In this document: piece by piece, positions 62,896-64,000 of the stretch
Layout: every line of letters begins with the position of its first letter
How positions within the stretch are numbered: position 1 is the first letter of the stretch
NCBI GenBank assembly: GCA_002269645.1
Contig: NIVC01002256.1
Location: 124,001-188,000 of the forward strand
DNA from: Macrostomum lignano
Lineage: Eukaryota
Direction of reading: 5' to 3'
DNA length: 64,000 bases
Position numbers and translations under genes: made by a program
Notes under the pieces: model-generated
What the model was told of the DNA's origin: nothing
The model's database searches: none
The model's input: only the letters and a program-made list of their open reading frames with translations

Positions 62896-64000
62896 TAACC
62901 TGTTAGACACCTGAGTGTCACCTGTTAGATATGGGTGTCACCTGTTTAGAGTGTCACCTGTTAGATATGGGTGTCACCTGTTAGATATGGGTGTCACCTG
63001 TTAGATATGGGTGTCACCTGTTAGATATGGGTGTCACCTGTTAGATATAGGTGTCACCTGTTAGATATGGGTGTCACCTGTTAGATATGGGTGTCACCTG
63101 TTAGATATGGTGTCACCTGTTAGATATGGGTGTCACCTGTTAGATATGGGTGTCACCTGTTAGATATGGGTGTCACCTGTTAGATATGGGTGTCACCTGT
63201 TAGATATGGGTGTCACCTGTTAGATATGGGTGTCACCTGTTAGATATGGGTGTCACCTGTTAGATATGGGTGTCACCTGTTAGATATGGGTGTCACCTGT
63301 TAGATATGGGTGTCACCTGTTAGATATGGGTGTCACCTGTTAGATATGGTCACCTGTTAGATATGGGTGTCACCTGTTAGATATGGGTGTCACCTGTTAG
63401 ATATGGTGTCACCTGTTAGATATGGGTGTCACCTGTTAGATATGGTGTCACCTGTTCGCCTGTTAGATATGGGTGTCACCTGTTAGATATGGGTGTCACC
63501 TGTTAGATATGAGTGTCACCTGTTAGATATGGGTGTCACCTGTTAGATATGGGTGTCACCTGTTTCATATAGGTCTCAACTGTTAGATATGGGTGTCACC
63601 TGTTAGATATGGGTGCCACCTGTTAGATATGGTTGTCACCTGTTAGATATGGGTGTCATCTGTTAGATATGCGTGCCGCCTGTTAGATATGGGTGTCACC
63701 TGTTAGATATGGGTGTCACCTATTTGATATAGGTCTCAACTGTTAGATATGGGTGCCACCTGTTAGATATGGGTGTCACCTGTTAGATATGGTTGTCACC
63801 TGTTAGATATGGGTGTCATCTGTTAGATATGGGTGTCACCTGTTAGATATGGGTGTCACCTGTTAGATATGGGTGTCACCTGTTAGATATGGGTGTCACC
63901 TGTTAGATATGAGTGTCACCTGTTAGATATGGGTGTCACCTGTTAGATATGGGTGTCACCTGTTAGATATGGGTGTCACCTGTTAGATATGGGTGTCACC
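62896..64000. repeat. 20-bp minisatellite (TGTTAGATATGGGTGTCACC)n, continuing past the window end
   Basis: About 55 copies. Confidence 0.97.

Overview
Eukaryotic (animal) genomic DNA. GC-rich exons with poly-Q/poly-A tracts sit in AT-rich DNA packed with minisatellites, which resembles the flatworm Macrostomum lignano (inference only, not proven by the sequence). About 1-19 kb is a transposon graveyard: two tRNA-derived SINE families (one with a MIR/CORE-like domain), two tandem degenerate RTE-clade LINEs (one with a 2A-like IEPNPGP motif just before the APE domain), a 5'-truncated RTE copy with a 9-bp TSD, and hAT-like and Harbinger-like MITEs. From about 19.8 to 62 kb are four co-oriented + strand spliced genes whose exon phases join consistently: POP4/RPP29 (3 exons, ~255 aa), an alpha-type TRPM channel (10 exons, ~1715-1746 aa), an ALDH3-family dehydrogenase ending in CaaX (2 exons, 481 aa), and an unrecognised Met-less single-TM protein with an 18-Cys tail (2 visible exons). 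Most striking: all 13 introns and the DNA just after all 4 stop codons carry their own tandem array. Almost all long ORFs in the supplied track over these arrays are artefacts.
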